A stretch of DNA of 64,000 nt from Octopus vulgaris (taxonomy: Eukaryota): contig OX597826.1 of the NCBI GenBank assembly GCA_951406725.2, positions 30,504,001-30,568,000 on the forward strand, in the 5' to 3' direction. This document shows positions 42,465 through 56,799 of the stretch, in pieces. The position numbers and the translations under genes are program-made. The notes under the pieces were generated by a model. The model saw nothing but the letters and a program-made list of their open reading frames with translations. It ran no database searches and was not told the DNA's origin. Numbering within the stretch: position 1 is the stretch's first letter; each line of letters opens with the position of its first letter.

Positions 42465-43262
42465 GTTTATACATATATACATACACGTATACATAGGCAC
42501 ATATCTACACACGGGTATATATGAAGACTGACATGCATGTATACATGCCTATATATATACACACATTATCACTGTCTCTTCATCTTTTATTCGTTTATGT
42601 GAATGCTGTCGATGTGTACACACTCCAAAATCTTTATGTAATCAATTTGTTTATCTGCAACAAGAAGTGTATTTACCGAAAAAAAAGTGCGTGAATCTGC
42701 GTTCATACTCCCAATTTTTTGCCTTTTTTGGTTAGTAGTTCTTTATTTTGAGCGAAACGGTAATGTTTTCATGCCCACCCCCACCGAACATGATCAAAGT
42801 TAAGATAATGAATGCTGCCTGTTTGAACATTATTATTACTATCTTTGGGAAGTAAACAAACAGACGTCAGTAGCAGCGAAACACAGTCTCGGTTCTTTTC
42901 GAAAAAGTTTTGCTTTTATAAATGTTTAGCTCACAGCATAATTTGCAAGAAAAAAGAAAAAAAAAAAGAAAAGAAAGAGAAGACAAATGAAGAAATAATA
43001 AAAAATAATAAATAAATCTTATCACGAAGAGGATCATATCACCAACTGTGCCATCAACTTCGCCACCATCGCCATTCTAACTAACATCACTATCGTTGCC
43101 ATGATGCTGCTTAACATCGTGACAACCATTGCTGTCGTAATGATCATCATCATCATCATCATCATCGTGGTGGTTGTCGTCATCATCATCACCAGCAGCT
43201 TCACCATGATTGTTATAAGCCTTATCATCGTAATTGTTACCACCATTACTATCATCATCATT

Positions 43263-43313
<51 letters not shown>

Positions 43314-43866
43314 GCCCTGACGCTGTACCAGGTAGTGGTTCTCATGGTTTCTGATCTTAACTGATTGGAAGTGTTATCATGTACATTGTTTTGTCTAGGT
43401 ATAAAAGATAGGCTACAGCAAATATTCTACTCAATACCACAGATTTGATAGTCAATGGATTATTCTACGGTCTCAAAGCAGGCAGAATCGTCAGAACATC
43501 GGAATAAATGGTGTCCGTTATTTGTTCCGGCTCTTTACATTCTTTTTTTGTTGAGGTAAATTTTGTTTTTAATCCTTCTGAATTCGATTAAATAATCTAC
43601 CCGTCACTTATTGACAGGTTGTTTAAAACACCCAAAATCTTTGTAAGCTATTAAGTGCATGCTCTTCAAGAGTAGGCGGAATATATAGTGATGACGGCAT
43701 TTCCCCTTTCCGTGATATTCTTCGTTGTTCCATACTGAGTCTCAGTTATCGCGTGCAATCTTGCCTAAGTGCATGCGTGCATATATGTGTGCTTGTGTAC
43801 ATGAGTGCGTGTGTGCGCATATACATGTGAAAGCACGCAGATACATGTCTCTATATATGCATGTAG

Positions 43867-43900
<34 letters not shown>

Positions 43901-44626
43901 GTACGTGTGTGTGTGCGTTCGTGCGTGCGTGCGTGTGTGTGTGTGTGTAGAGGCTGGCTGTTGTACATTGTAAGCTACATAGGAAGGAAGGAAACGAATA
44001 TAAAATTGGTGAAATGAAAGAAAACGAAAAATAACTGAATACTATTAAAAACGAAAACTATTGAATTTGCAGGTTTTTTAGATGGCGTGAAACAAAGAGA
44101 GAGAAGATGGGGAGATAGACTAAGAGTGACTAAGTAAGAAATATTTATTATGTACTCTCCATGTAAAGGTGTGTTTGTAGTATATACAGAGAGAGAAGTA
44201 AAAATAATAGAAAGAAAATAGGAAAGAGAGAGAGAAGAGAGAGAGAGAGAGAGAAGAAAGAGAGGGAGAAAGGTACAGGAACATAATAAAAATGTCGAGA
44301 GATGCAAAAAGATGAAGAGGGGATAAGGGAAATATTGAAAACCAAATTTCCGGAATAATATATTTATTTAGAATAGAAAATGGATGAGTCAAAGGACATA
44401 AAAAAGTAAGGACACATACATGGGTAAATAGTTAGGTTTAGCGACTAAGAGGACCAAAATGACGGCAACGATAGAAAGAGGAGGAGGGAGATAGTAGTAG
44501 GGAGTAGTAGTAGTAGGTGCTAGTATACAGGAGTGAGATAATAGTAAGAGGTAAGATGTGTATGAGGTTGAAGAGTGTAAGGAGGAGGAAGAAGAAGGTG
44601 GGAGGGTGAGATCAGAAAGGAGGTAT

Positions 44627-45030
44627 ACTCTTTTACTTGCTTCAGTCATTTGAGTGCGGCCATGATGGAGCACCGCCTTAAAGGGTGTTCGTCGAAGAAA
44701 TCGACCCTAGAAATTATCCTTTGTAAGCCTAGTACTTATTCTATCGGTCTTTTGCCGAACCTCTAAGTTACGGGGGCATAAATATACCAGTATCGATTGT
44801 CAAGCGATGGAGGGAGGGGGGGGGGCAAACACAAACACTCAAGTATATACATATATATATATATATATATATACGACAGGCTTCTTTCAGTTTCCGTCTG
44901 CCAAATCCATTCACAAGGCTTTGGTCGGCCCGAGCCTATAGTAGAAGATACTTGCCCAAGGTGCCACGCAGTGGGACTGAACCCGGAACCATTAGGCTGG
45001 GAAACAAGCTTCTCACTACACAGCCAGGCC
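44627..45030 (-). mobile_element. Full-length SINE family A
   Basis: Reverse complement of 6186-6590. Confidence 0.85.
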
Positions 45031-45089
45031 TGAGCATGTCGGTATATCATTAGATGGTAATATGTTTGTCTTTTATTTTTACTTATTTA

Positions 45090-46022
45090 AGTCGATCGTC
45101 TTAAAAGAAGCTGACAAAGGTGGAGCGATAGTAATTATGGATACAGATAGCTACAAAGAAAAGATACTAGAGATACTTAACAACCAGACACACTATGAAG
45201 AGGAATCAACACAACCGGAGAAAGCTACATTAAAAAATCGGAACATTAGTCAATGAATACCAGGACTCCTTTACAGACAAGGAGAAAAACTTATGCAACT
45301 CAAGAACCAAAGAAGGCAATTTTATGGACTACCTAAAGTTCATAAAAGCTCTGAAATACAGAGAGCCATAAAAGAACAGAGGAGCCATTATATAAGAATA
45401 CAAAGACCCACAGACCTCACGGGCACCAACACAACAACTAAGCCACTACATAGATGTACTCCTCAAACCTTTATGCCCACTGATAGCAAGCTGTATAAAG
45501 GATGACAGACTTTCTCACACACATTCCAAATACGGTTCCGGAAAACACCATACTTGCAAGCTTCGATGTCACAATCGTATAGACGAACATACTACACATC
45601 CTAGGTCTGAAGGCGATAAAACAATGGGTAGAAAACTACAAGGAATTCATAGATAAATGCTTCAAAACAGATTTATCACCAAAGCCACCCAATTAATACT
45701 TGAAGAAAACACACTCACATTTAACAACAAGACATACTGACCGATAAATGGCACGGCTATGGGTACGAAATTCGCACCTTCTTATGCCAACCTGGTTATG
45801 GGTTTCCTTGAGAACAAACTAGACGAGGAAATAGGGAAAATCTTCGAACACGACTTCAGAGAAGACATCAAGAAAAAGAGGAAATTCTACCTCGATGATT
45901 GTTTCATCTTTTGGAACAGATCTACGAATATTCCACAACATCCTTAACACACTGTACCCTTCTAACAACTTTACGACGGAAACCAGGTATAACGAACTTT
46001 CCTTCCTAGACGTCAACATCAA
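45090..46022 (+). pseudogene. Penelope-like element reverse transcriptase fragment (decayed)
   Basis: IVLKEADKGGAIVIMD; FYGLPKVHK; ASFDV; GTAMGTKFAPSYANLVMG; YLDD; FLDV. Ends in (TA)n. Confidence 0.9.
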
Positions 46023-46033
46023 GATATATATAT

Positions 46034-46089
<56 letters not shown>

Positions 46090-46092
<3 letters not shown>

Positions 46093-46314
46093 GATGCAGC
46101 AGAAAGGTTGTCCCGATTTCAAAGGTTAATAAATGACAAACACATGAAGATGCATGAAAACACTTTGTATTTCTCTGAAGTTCTTTAAATGCCATTTCTT
46201 TTCTGTTTCAGGTCGTACCCACCATCGTCTGGAATGGAGAGCATCGTTTTTCTTGTATCTTCATGTGTTTGTTTTTTAACCTTTGAAATCGAGTAACCTT
46301 TCTGCCGCACCATG
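46090..46314. mobile_element. Tc1/mariner-type MITE
   Basis: ~40-bp TIRs caggatgcagcagaaaggtt...cgatttcaaaggttaa / ttaacctttgaaatcg...aacctttctgccgcaccatg; preceded by TA. Confidence 0.75.
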
Positions 46315-46330
46315 AGTATGTCTATATATA

Positions 46331-46366
<36 letters not shown>

Positions 46367-46424
46367 TGTATGTATGTATGTATGTATGTATGTATGTATG
46401 TATGTATGCATGTATGTATATTTG

Positions 46425-46575
46425 CCTTCTGAGTTCAAATTCCGCCAAGGTCGACTTTGCCATTCATCCTTTCGGGGTCGATAAAATAAATACCCTTTAA
46501 GCACCGGGCGTCGCTGTAATCAGCGCTATCCCTTTTCTATTCCGAATTTCCGGTCTTGCGCCTATATCAGAAAAG
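46425..46575 (+). mobile_element. SINE family B fragment
   Basis: ttctgagttcaaattccgccaaggtcgactttgcc. Confidence 0.75.
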
Positions 46576-47559
46576 CTTATTGCTATCAAGTTTTCCGGTT
46601 TCTATGAAGATTAGGAGAAATTTAAATCATCTACCACCCCCGCCTCGCATAACACCTCAAGGCAAATCTATTACACCGCCTTGTTTCCGTTAACATGTAG
46701 GTTTCTCCAGGTGAATAACTCCACGCATTTATTCGAGAATTAATTACTTTTCTCCTTTCATTTATTCACTAATGAAGTGTAAGATGAAACAAGCTTCTCC
46801 TCGTTAGTAACCCACCATTTTTTTTCAGCAAAAACATAATAAGTCTATATACAATGTTTTATTTCGTTATTTACTGGTTGCTTTTTCTGTTTTTCTGTGT
46901 TTGTTCTTGTGGGTTTCAATAAACAAACACATTTTCAAGCATACATACATACACAGACATATGTTTGTATGTGTATGTATGTATGTATGTATGTATGTAT
47001 CTATGTATGTATGTATCTATGTATGTATGTATGTATGTATGCATATATGTATGCTTGTATATATATATATATGTATGTATGCATTTATCTATTCATGTGT
47101 TTATGCATGTATACATGTACTATATATGTATGTACATGTATGTATATGTGCATGGATGTATGATTGAATGTATGCTTGTATGTATGTACGTGTATATATA
47201 CGTAGATATGCAGGCATGTATGTATGCTTGTCAGTATGTATGTATGTAGGCATGTATGTATGCTTGTATGTATGTATGTATGCATGCATATATATATGTC
47301 AATATGTGTGCATGTATGTTTGTATGTATGCATGCATGTATGTATGTATGTATCCATGTATGTATGTATGCATGCATGTATGCATATATGTATGTACATA
47401 TGTATATATGGACGTATGCATGTGAACATGTATGCATGCATGTGTGTATGTATATTTATGTAATTAGATGTATTTTAACTTTGTATTAGTCCTTGTTTGT
47501 GGATCGGAATACTCTGCCTTCGCTATTTCTCTCTCCTTTTCTGTCTTTCTACCTTTCTG

Positions 47560-47623
<64 letters not shown>

Positions 47624-47677
47624 TCTTTGAATAAATATTTTTGTGTGTATGTGAGTGTGTGCGTGTATATATGTAGC

Positions 47678-47700
<23 letters not shown>

Positions 47701-47710
<10 letters not shown>

Positions 47711-48045
47711 TTCATAAATGAGGGCAAAGGAAAAAGTTTCTAATGCCAAATATACCGAAAAATTGGACATATTGTCCAATGAGATACTTCCATGGGTATG
47801 AGTAAGTATCTCATTTATTTCTTTTGCCACATGTATCACTGACGAAGAAAGGACTCTTAGTAGCTAACTCTGAAATCGGGCCGATATGGTAATAATGGAA
47901 TTTTAAAGAAATTTCTGTCAGCCTTTTTTCGAGTAGCATGCGTATTGCGAAAACATTATATGGTTAATGGACAATATGTCCAATTTTTCGGCATATTTGG
48001 TATTAGAAACTTTTTCCTTTGCCCTCATTTATGAATTGTTTATAA
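47701..48045. repeat. Inverted repeat (~80-bp arms) enclosing an intact hammerhead
   Basis: ataattcataaatgagggcaaagg...ggacatattgtcca pairs with tggacaatatgtcc...ccctcatttatgaatt; (TA)n on both sides. Confidence 0.9.
47834..47891 (+). ncRNA. Type I hammerhead ribozyme (predicted cleavage after 47886)
   Basis: tatca-CTGACGA-AGA...TCT-GAAA-TCG ggc CGA-TA-tggta; 5-bp stem I, paired stem III. Confidence 0.75.
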
Positions 48046-48140
48046 ATTTAACCGTTAAAGGTATTTTTTAATATGCTGGCCATTGATAAAGATTTTTTCG
48101 AGAAAATTCTTTTTTTCGAAAAGAATTTTATCCTCACGTT

Positions 48141-48177
<37 letters not shown>

Positions 48178-48180
<3 letters not shown>

Positions 48181-48883
48181 GGTGCGATGGTTAAATTGCC
48201 GCCATTTAATATTCTGTTAATTTTGCGCGTGCGTATTGTTTGTATTTGATTTCGTCATTTTTACAGTATAGTAGAGTCAATTGGGCACTGTCTATGAGAA
48301 AAAGAGCACCATGACGCAATTCATTCTGCCAAAAATTGGGAAACGACATGCTGTGCTGCTTGGCATTCACGCTGGAAGCTCCAGTACGAACTTTTCAGGG
48401 TGTTGGGTTTCAATCTGAGTCCCTAAAACATGTACTGAGAGTGATAAAAATCAAATGCTTGGAGAAGGTAGTGCTGCCCTGGGTCGAGAGGGTGGCTGCT
48501 GGAAGACCCTATGTCTGGTAACAGGACTCAGCACCATGCAACACAAGCAGGAGAACCCAGTCATGAATTTCAATTTCCGGATGACATCTTTCCTAACATC
48601 TGGCCACCTAACTCCCCAGACTGCAACCCCTTGATTATTTTGGGTGCGGTGCAGTTGAGAGACCAACAAATCTCCTTGTAGCACCAAAGATGAACTGAAA
48701 ACATGGATTATGGCAGCAATCACCAACTTGAAGAGTTGCAAGACTTTCCGAATCCGTCTGAAGGCCGTGGTTGAAGTCAATGACGATTTTGTTCAATTTT
48801 ACTGAATATGTCTGTTAAAGTGAGATGTCAGCTTTATTTTCCGTTATGCGTTATTTAGATGATGGTTTATTCACCGAACCCTG
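48178..48883 (+). mobile_element. Internally deleted Tc1/mariner (maT/DD37D-like) transposon
   Basis: TA-flanked cagggtgcg / cgaaccctg ends; VVLPW...YVW*QDSAPC and WPPNSPDCNPLDY catalytic-region motifs. Confidence 0.82.
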
Positions 48884-48913
48884 TATGTATATATGTATAT
48901 ATATATATATTAT

Positions 48914-48965
<52 letters not shown>

Positions 48966-49056
48966 TTACATATAGTTATACATCTATATATCCGAGCATA
49001 TATATTACGCATACATATGTTATATTAGTAGATACGTATTTGGCTAGATGCATCGC

Positions 49057-49147
<91 letters not shown>

Positions 49148-49685
49148 TTTGCCTCGTTGGTTACTTGTTTCATTCATTGAATGATTGATTGGGTGTGTGA
49201 CTGATGACGAGATGAAGTGATTAACACTGACAGGTAGGTGCATAGTGAGACCAAAAGAAGAAGATAAAGAAATTATACACTGACAGAGAGAAAGCGAAAG
49301 AGCGGGAGAGAAAGTGGTGGAGACGGAGACAGTTTAAATAGAGAATATGCTTGTGTTTATGTGACAGCTTGTCTCCGTTTACGCGTGTCTGGGGAATTGT
49401 ATACGAGTGCGTGTATTCCTGTTTGTATGTAGGTGCTGGAATGCTGGTATGCTTCGCATATGTAATTGCAGGTTCGCGTAAAATGTGATCGTCTGCGGGC
49501 ATGGTCGTTTATCGCGATGTGTGAAGTATTTGTGTTGCGTATGTGTTTGCGTTTGTGTGCATATATATATATATACAATAAGGTTATGATATTTACACTA
49601 CTGCACGTGTTTTATTCTGTGTATGTATGTGTGTGTATATATGTGTGTATATACATATGCGTGTGTGTGTATATATGTATTTATG

Positions 49686-49717
<32 letters not shown>

Positions 49718-49744
49718 CATATATATGTATCTGCATATATATAC

Positions 49745-49804
<60 letters not shown>

Positions 49805-50133
49805 ATATAAATGCATATACATTTATATGTATATTTATATATATATATATTATATATCTATATATATGTACATACATACATATGTGTGTGTAAATATGTA
49901 TGTATGTATATATATATATGTATGTATGTACATACGTTATGCTGATGTTTACGTGCCTATGGTATTAAGGGAGAAGAAAAACAGTAACAAGTTTTATAAA
50001 AACAATTTATCAAAGAGTGTGAAAAGAATACACACACACGTGTACATGTATGTATATGTGTAAGTATGCATGCAGGTATATTATATACATGTAAATATAT
50101 ACATTTACATATACGCATGAATATGTGTATATA

Positions 50134-50169
<36 letters not shown>

Positions 50170-50594
50170 GTATGTATGTATGTATGTATGTATGTATGTA
50201 TGTATGTATGTATGTATGTATGTATTTATGTATTTATGCATGTATATTTACATATATATGCACGTATACAAATCAATTTAAAAAGAAGATGGGAGATAAA
50301 TTAAATTATCAATGTTTCCTGTAAGCTTGAGTCTTTTTGCATTAGTTATTGTTTTTTTTATATTTTCTTTTATTTTACAGTCTCCGATTTCTCACTGTTT
50401 CTGGCAACGAGTGTAAAATTCCTTGCTTTGATTAAATCGCATAACTATGACAAATGAAACAAAATATCGATACCACAGAACATGAGGATATCCGCGTATT
50501 AGAAGTGTTGTCACTTTGTGAAAAAACGTTGGTTTTTTAATGTAAGAAGACGATGAAGAAAGTTTTCAGCGTGGTTCTCTATATTTTATCTATC

Positions 50595-50636
50595 CTTCAC
50601 TGACGACGTCCAGATATACTCGAAACATGCCCGGAG
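50595..50636 (+). ncRNA. Degenerate hammerhead motif
   Basis: cttca-CTGACGA-...-GAAA-CATG-CC-cggag; cleavage-site U replaced by C and stem II poor. Confidence 0.35.
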
Positions 50637-50987
50637 TTATCACTTTTCCCTCCTGACTAGGAGAAGATTGTTTATATGTAAATTGTTGTATTAAAATAAT
50701 CTTCCCTTGACTCTCGAAACTAATATCAGTTACGATGATAACTTCGTCTTCGACGATGAGGATGATGATTATGATCATGACGACGACGACGAAGAAGATA
50801 TACAGTCAAATGGCTAAGAAGTTTATCTCACATTAACGATTGAGCAACTGAACCTTCATTGTTGAAAACGACGGAGAACCATTCATATATATATATGTTT
50901 GTGTGTGTTTGTGTATGTGAGTGCACGAATGTATATATGCGCATATACATGTATATCTATCTATCTATATCTATCTATCTATCGGTC

Positions 50988-51050
<63 letters not shown>

Positions 51051-51077
51051 ATATATATATATGTATGTATGTATATA

Positions 51078-51113
<36 letters not shown>

Positions 51114-51148
51114 TGTAGGTAGGTAGGTAGGTAGGTATATGAGAGGCA

Positions 51149-53165
51149 TTGGTATCCAGGAGACCCAAGGTGGCAGGTAAAAGCTATATAAGTGTTATGG
51201 AAGGACATCCTCTCTATCAACTTTCTCTTTGTTATCAACACTTACACTGTAACATCTTTGAATATATGAGCCCCCAACATGTTCATAGCTCCAATATCGA
51301 ACCCCTTACTTTAGATCACAACAAAACCCCAACCAATCCCACATACACTAACCAGAATACTACCACCCCAGCTTCCACCACTATTACAGATAGGATAAAT
51401 AACAATAACGATAGAAATAGTAATAATAATGTTAATAACATAGACCAATCTACCCCCATTTCTTACCCCTTCTCAGATAGTGTTACCTCCTCCATTCCTG
51501 AGAATAATCCCCACAATGCCCTACCATGTAACTGCCGCCCTGGGACCATCTGCCCTCTACATTCCTGTTGCAGAACGTCTAACCTAATTTACAAATGTAC
51601 CGTCCTCAACAAGTTGCACAATTCTACAACCATATATGTAGGGGTCAATTATAAATTTTTAACAGGTCGCAACTTTTTAGATATGAAAAACACAATAAAT
51701 CCACGACCATCGCCGGTCACATACATCATCTCAAATATAGAAATATTCTATACATCTTGTCATGGTCCATAATAAATTCAGAGCTTCCATAGGGTCACCG
51801 CGCAGCCTGTAAGTTATGGCTAAAAGAGGCATTCCACATATTAAAATACAACTGTTCGATACTATTAAATGAATATAATAATGCTTTGGATACATGCAAT
51901 CACCGCTTTTCCATACCTTCAGATTTTACCACAATTCTAAATGCAACCTAAATCACCACACAGTACATATCCCGAACACTTCTTAGGTAATCTCCAACAA
52001 CCCTATTTGACATTCTATAATCTACGTTTTTAAATAGTTTACCTCTCCAATCTTATTTTTAATTGTCTAATAATACATATAGGGACATGTATACATGTAT
52101 GCATACATATGTGCGGATGTAATTGTGTGTGTGTGTATGTATACGTGTATATGTGCGTATGTCTATGCGTGTATATGTGCGCACGTGTATGTGTATATGA
52201 ATTTGTCTATGGGTATGTGTGTGCATATATATATATATATATATATGCATATATGCGTATGGCTTTAAGTTCATAAGTATGTGGTCCTATATAATAGTGC
52301 ATATACACACGTATATGTATGTGTGTGCGCTCGTGCATACGTCTTTCTTTCTCTCTCTCTGATTCCTTAGCCCCCACTATTACATTAGCAAGTACAATAA
52401 ACACCTCCATCTATTTTTTTAGAAACTTGACCATTATATCCTATTCTCTTCCTTTTTGAGGTTTACAACTCACTTTCGTAACCACCCCCGTAACTTTTCT
52501 GTACTCATCCCTCCAATTTTATGCCTTTCAACTCCTCATACATATTCATTCCTTACATTCTTATCCCTCCCCTACTTCCCCATCACCTCATCATATATTG
52601 ATCACAAACTAACAATCCTGTTTTTCTTTTTTCCTTTTCTCTTCCCTTTGTTTCTTTCTTCTTTTCTCACCTATTCCTTTTGACCATCTCCTCATTTTAA
52701 CATACACATTTTTTCTCTCCTCTTTATCTATTTAACACTACCACTACATTCTCAAAATTTCATTCATACCACAAGACCACTTTGAATGAACAGCACATGG
52801 AATCTACGTCTCCACACTTTCCATTTCTAATGATAAGATATGAACTCCTATTGGAATTTACATGCCATGGACAAGAAGCATTTCTACCACTTCTACACAC
52901 CACATTCCTTGGATAATGGAACTGCAACTATAGCATCTTACACATATTTTTATTTTTACTTTTATTCTCTTATTTCCCTTTATACTTTTTATTTCCACTC
53001 TTTTTCTATATAACTCCTTCTAGTTCCCTTTATTCAACCATCTCACATCGTCTCGGATGAAGGAATATCCCTAATACACCAGAAACAGCTATAAGACTAA
53101 CTTTCTCTTTATAAATGTCCTGAAAGTTCCACACAGCCTTGGCTTTGTTGTCTCATTTTATTTAA
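51149..53165 (+). mobile_element. PLE 3' half: N/T-rich linker, GIY-YIG remnant, pyrimidine-rich tail, hammerhead at 53050-53097
   Basis: CNCRPGTICPLHSCCRTSNLIYKCTV...IYVG and LLNEYNNALDTCNHR; gtct-CGGATGA-...-GAAA-CAGCTA-TA-agac. Confidence 0.8.
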
Positions 53166-53243
53166 CACACACACACACATATATATACATATGTCTGTGT
53201 GAATGAGTGTGTGTGTATGTTTCCATGTGTATGTATATACATT

Positions 53244-53280
<37 letters not shown>

Positions 53281-53324
53281 GTGAGTGGTCTAAGAGACCA
53301 TAAATCGGGAAAAGATGCACTCGT

Positions 53325-53412
53325 ATATCTGTCAGTGGATATACTATCCGAAATTGATAGTATTAAAAATCCAACCAGCCGCGATGAATATTTAATACTA
53401 TACATTTCGGAT
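53325..53412 (+). ncRNA. Degenerate hammerhead (53325-53363) overlapping a short inverted repeat (53346-53412)
   Basis: atat-CTGTCAG-t GGATA tac TATCC-GAAA-TTGA-TA-gtat; the 5' core deviates from CUGAnGA. Confidence 0.4.
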
Positions 53413-53454
53413 TATATATATAAATACATAGAGACCCACACTAATTCATATGCA

Positions 53455-53582
<128 letters not shown>

Positions 53583-53674
53583 TATCGATCAATCTCTGTG
53601 TCTATTTGTCTGCAACTGTCATTCTGTCTTTCTAAATCTGTTTGTATCTATTTTTTAGCTTATATCTTTTGTCT

Positions 53675-54112
53675 TTCTACCTGCTTCAGTCATTGGACTG
53701 CAGCCATTCTCCAGCAACGCCTTCAGGCGACTTAGTCGTAAGAATCGCCTCCAGTGCATATTTTATTTCAGGCCAGGCACTTATTTTATCGTTCCGTTTT
53801 GCCGGATTGCAAAGTTACGAAGATGTGAACAAACCAACATAGGTTGTCAAGCGGTGGGGGGGGGGGGACAAGCCTAAACACAAAGACACACACAAATATA
53901 TACAAACATACACACATCACGCGCTTGTGTGCGCGTGCATGTGTGTGTGTGCATGTATATGACGGGTTTCTTTTAATTTTCATTTACCCAATCCACCCAC
54001 AAGGCTTTCGTCGGTGCCGGGTTTTAGTAGGGGAAAATTGCCAAACGTGACAAGCAGTGGGACTGAAACCTGGAACGATATGGTTGGGGTGCAAAATTTT
54101 TACTATACAACC
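53675..54112 (-). mobile_element. SINE family A (diverged)
   Basis: Reverse complement similarity to 6186-6590. Confidence 0.72.
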
Positions 54113-54350
54113 ACAATTGTGCAAATATATACAGACAGTCAGAAAGATTGATTGAGAGATACCAATCTGTCTTTCTTTCCATATCTTTATGTATGTATGT
54201 ATGTATGTATGTATGTATGTATGTATGTATGTATGTATGTATGTATGTATGTATGTATGTATGTATGTATTTATGTATGTATGTATGTATGTATGTATGT
54301 ATGTGTGTATGTATATAGTATATATATATAGAGAGAGAGCGAGATAGATA

Positions 54351-55419
54351 AGTTTCTTTATTGGCCACACAGGGCTGCACACAGATGGGACAAGTTACAA
54401 GGTAGAGCTTTTCTTTTGGGGGATGAAGAGAACAAAAAACAAAAGAAAAAAAAGGGGGTGGCGTAGGTTTTCGATCAAGAGGGATCGTAAAAGGGAAGAA
54501 AAGAACAAAAACAAAAAAAAATTGAATAAAATAAAAAGAATAAAAAGAAAAAAAAGAAAAGGAAAAGGAACGAAAGGAAAGAGAAATGAAAAAAGAAGAA
54601 AAAATGGGAAAAAAAGGGGAAGAGGAAAAAAAGAACGATCAATAGGGATCGTGTATCACAGTGTTATGATATATGGTGTAAAGGGGAAAGCAAGTAAGGT
54701 TTATCCGTGGGAAGAAAAGCCTACGAAAAAGACCACGGTAACCTTGGTCAATATTGTTATATGTTACCACATTTGTTTGCAAGTGGGTAACCCTCTGTTT
54801 TCAATTTCTGGGTTCATAGGATTATGCTCAAGGTGGCTTCGTCATTCATACGTGCCATCCTTGCTACATTCACCCATCTTTTTTAAAACATTCGCTAGAC
54901 AAAACTTGCCTCTCTACTCTCACTTTCCTTTTCAAGTGGTACTTGAAGAAGTTGATGAGAGATTGACCAGAGAGGAAAGTGTTTGTCTCCAATCCTTTCA
55001 GACGCGTCCACCAGATACATTCTTTCGCCATAGCCACAAGGATGATGAAAATAGCTCTTCCTTCCCGTTTGAAGGAAGGAGGCGTGACAATATTGACGAT
55101 AGACTCAGCTGATAAACCGACTCGTCCCACACGTGACAGCAGTTGTTCGACATAAGCCCACAGGTCGGAAATTGTTGGACACTGCACGAGTGCGTGCAGA
55201 ACGGTTTCGTCGCTCTGACCGCATCTCGGGCAGGTCGGCCCCGTGTTTCTCGAGCCGTGTCTGTAGAGCTTATCCCGAACGGGTAGCGCTTCTCGGTAGC
55301 ACTGCCAGGCCAGGGATCTCTGGAAGTTGTCCATGGGCCCTGGCCCGAAAGTCGTCCTGAACAGGCGGGTCAGGTACTCCTCGTCGACGTCCAGGTTCGC
55401 CCCGAGCTCGTCGTCGTAC
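54351..55419 (-). mobile_element. 5'-truncated Tx1-clade LINE (ORF2 C-terminal zinc finger and 3' UTR)
   Basis: ORF 54870-55334 is clearly homologous to 30588-31403; 5' break joins (GATA)n. Confidence 0.93.
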
Positions 55420-55441
55420 AGATAGATAGATAGATAGATAT

Positions 55442-55520
<79 letters not shown>

Positions 55521-55529
55521 TTATACATA

Positions 55530-56376
55530 CGTGGTCTGATCAATAAGTATCCGGAGTGTTGCCATAGCAATGAAGTTAAAGGATACAGAGTAAACCCGCT
55601 TTGCACAAATTGACCTTGTACTCTGCTATGCATGCTGTTTACAGCAGTGCTTCGAAAGAAGGTGTGTAGTGTGTGATCGTCACATTGACCATGGCAGAAA
55701 GTTGAGCAGAGAATCTAGATCAAATTTTGCCAAAATCTTGGTGATACCTGCTCAAAGGTCTACGCAAAGTTTTCGAAAAGTGTTCATCGCTCCCGACACA
55801 ATCAAAGAGATCTTGTGCAACTGAAACCCGAGATCCTTTTGGCCAGCTGAAAGCAGTTTTGACACAAACTTAACGGACACGCTTCTCATACCCAAATCTT
55901 CAGTGATAATAGACTGAACTGAACCGTAACTAATCTGCACATCATCTGATTGTGATTTGAAGATTTCCCCCCACAGTTGCACACACATCTGTGATGTTTT
56001 CCTCAGTTCTTCTAGTTGCGGGTCTCCAAGAACGATCGTTACTATTGACACTTTTCGGCCATCTTGGAAACGTCTGAACCATTCGTATACTTATGTGTAG
56101 CCCACACACTCCTCTCCATACACTTTTTGCAGCTTTGCGTAGGCCCCTGAGCAGGCATCGCCATGACAACTTTCTCTGTCATTATCCATGTGACGATCAC
56201 ACGCTACACACCTTCCTTCCAAGCACTGCTGTAAACAGCGGAAGTGAGTAAGAACGTTAAAATTTAGTGTACATGCACAGCAGAGTTCAAGGTTAATTTT
56301 TGCCAAGCGACTTTGCTCTGCGTGCTTAAGCTTCATTACTAAAGCAACAGCCCGGATATTTATTGATCAGACCTTG
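55530..56376. mobile_element. Mariner-derived element with long inverted arms (two left ends) and TA TSD
   Basis: cgtggtctgatcaataagtatccgg / ccggatatttattgatcagaccttg. Minus-strand transposase remnant (VYGEEC...VYEWFRRF...SYGSVQSIITEDLGM); + strand EQRI*IKFCQ start. Confidence 0.85.
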
Positions 56377-56395
56377 TATACATACATACAACACG

Positions 56396-56435
<40 letters not shown>

Positions 56436-56799
56436 CACACATATATACATACATGCAAATACAAATACATACACAAACACACACACACACACATACACCT
56501 CACAAACACACACATATCAATTGATGAGTAGCTTGGAAGATTAAAGGATACACAGATGGAAAATTGGATAGATTGATCAATAAATACATAGATCGATAAA
56601 TGAATACGTACGTAGATTGATTGAACGTTAGGTAGATAGAAAAACAGCTCGTTAGATAATATGAATGATCGATCGATAGTTGGGTGGATAATTTGATTAA
56701 AGCTTAATGAGTAATCTTCAAATAAATCACAACCTTTTCGTCCATGCAAGTTGTGTAGACTAAAGATTTATCGGATGTGAATTTTGGTGACTATTTGTA

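Noticed and set aside
54423-55112. 229-aa K/R-rich + strand ORF (also 59105-59614)
   Set aside because: Antisense reading of the T-rich Tx1 3' UTR; openness is explained by A/G-rich composition.
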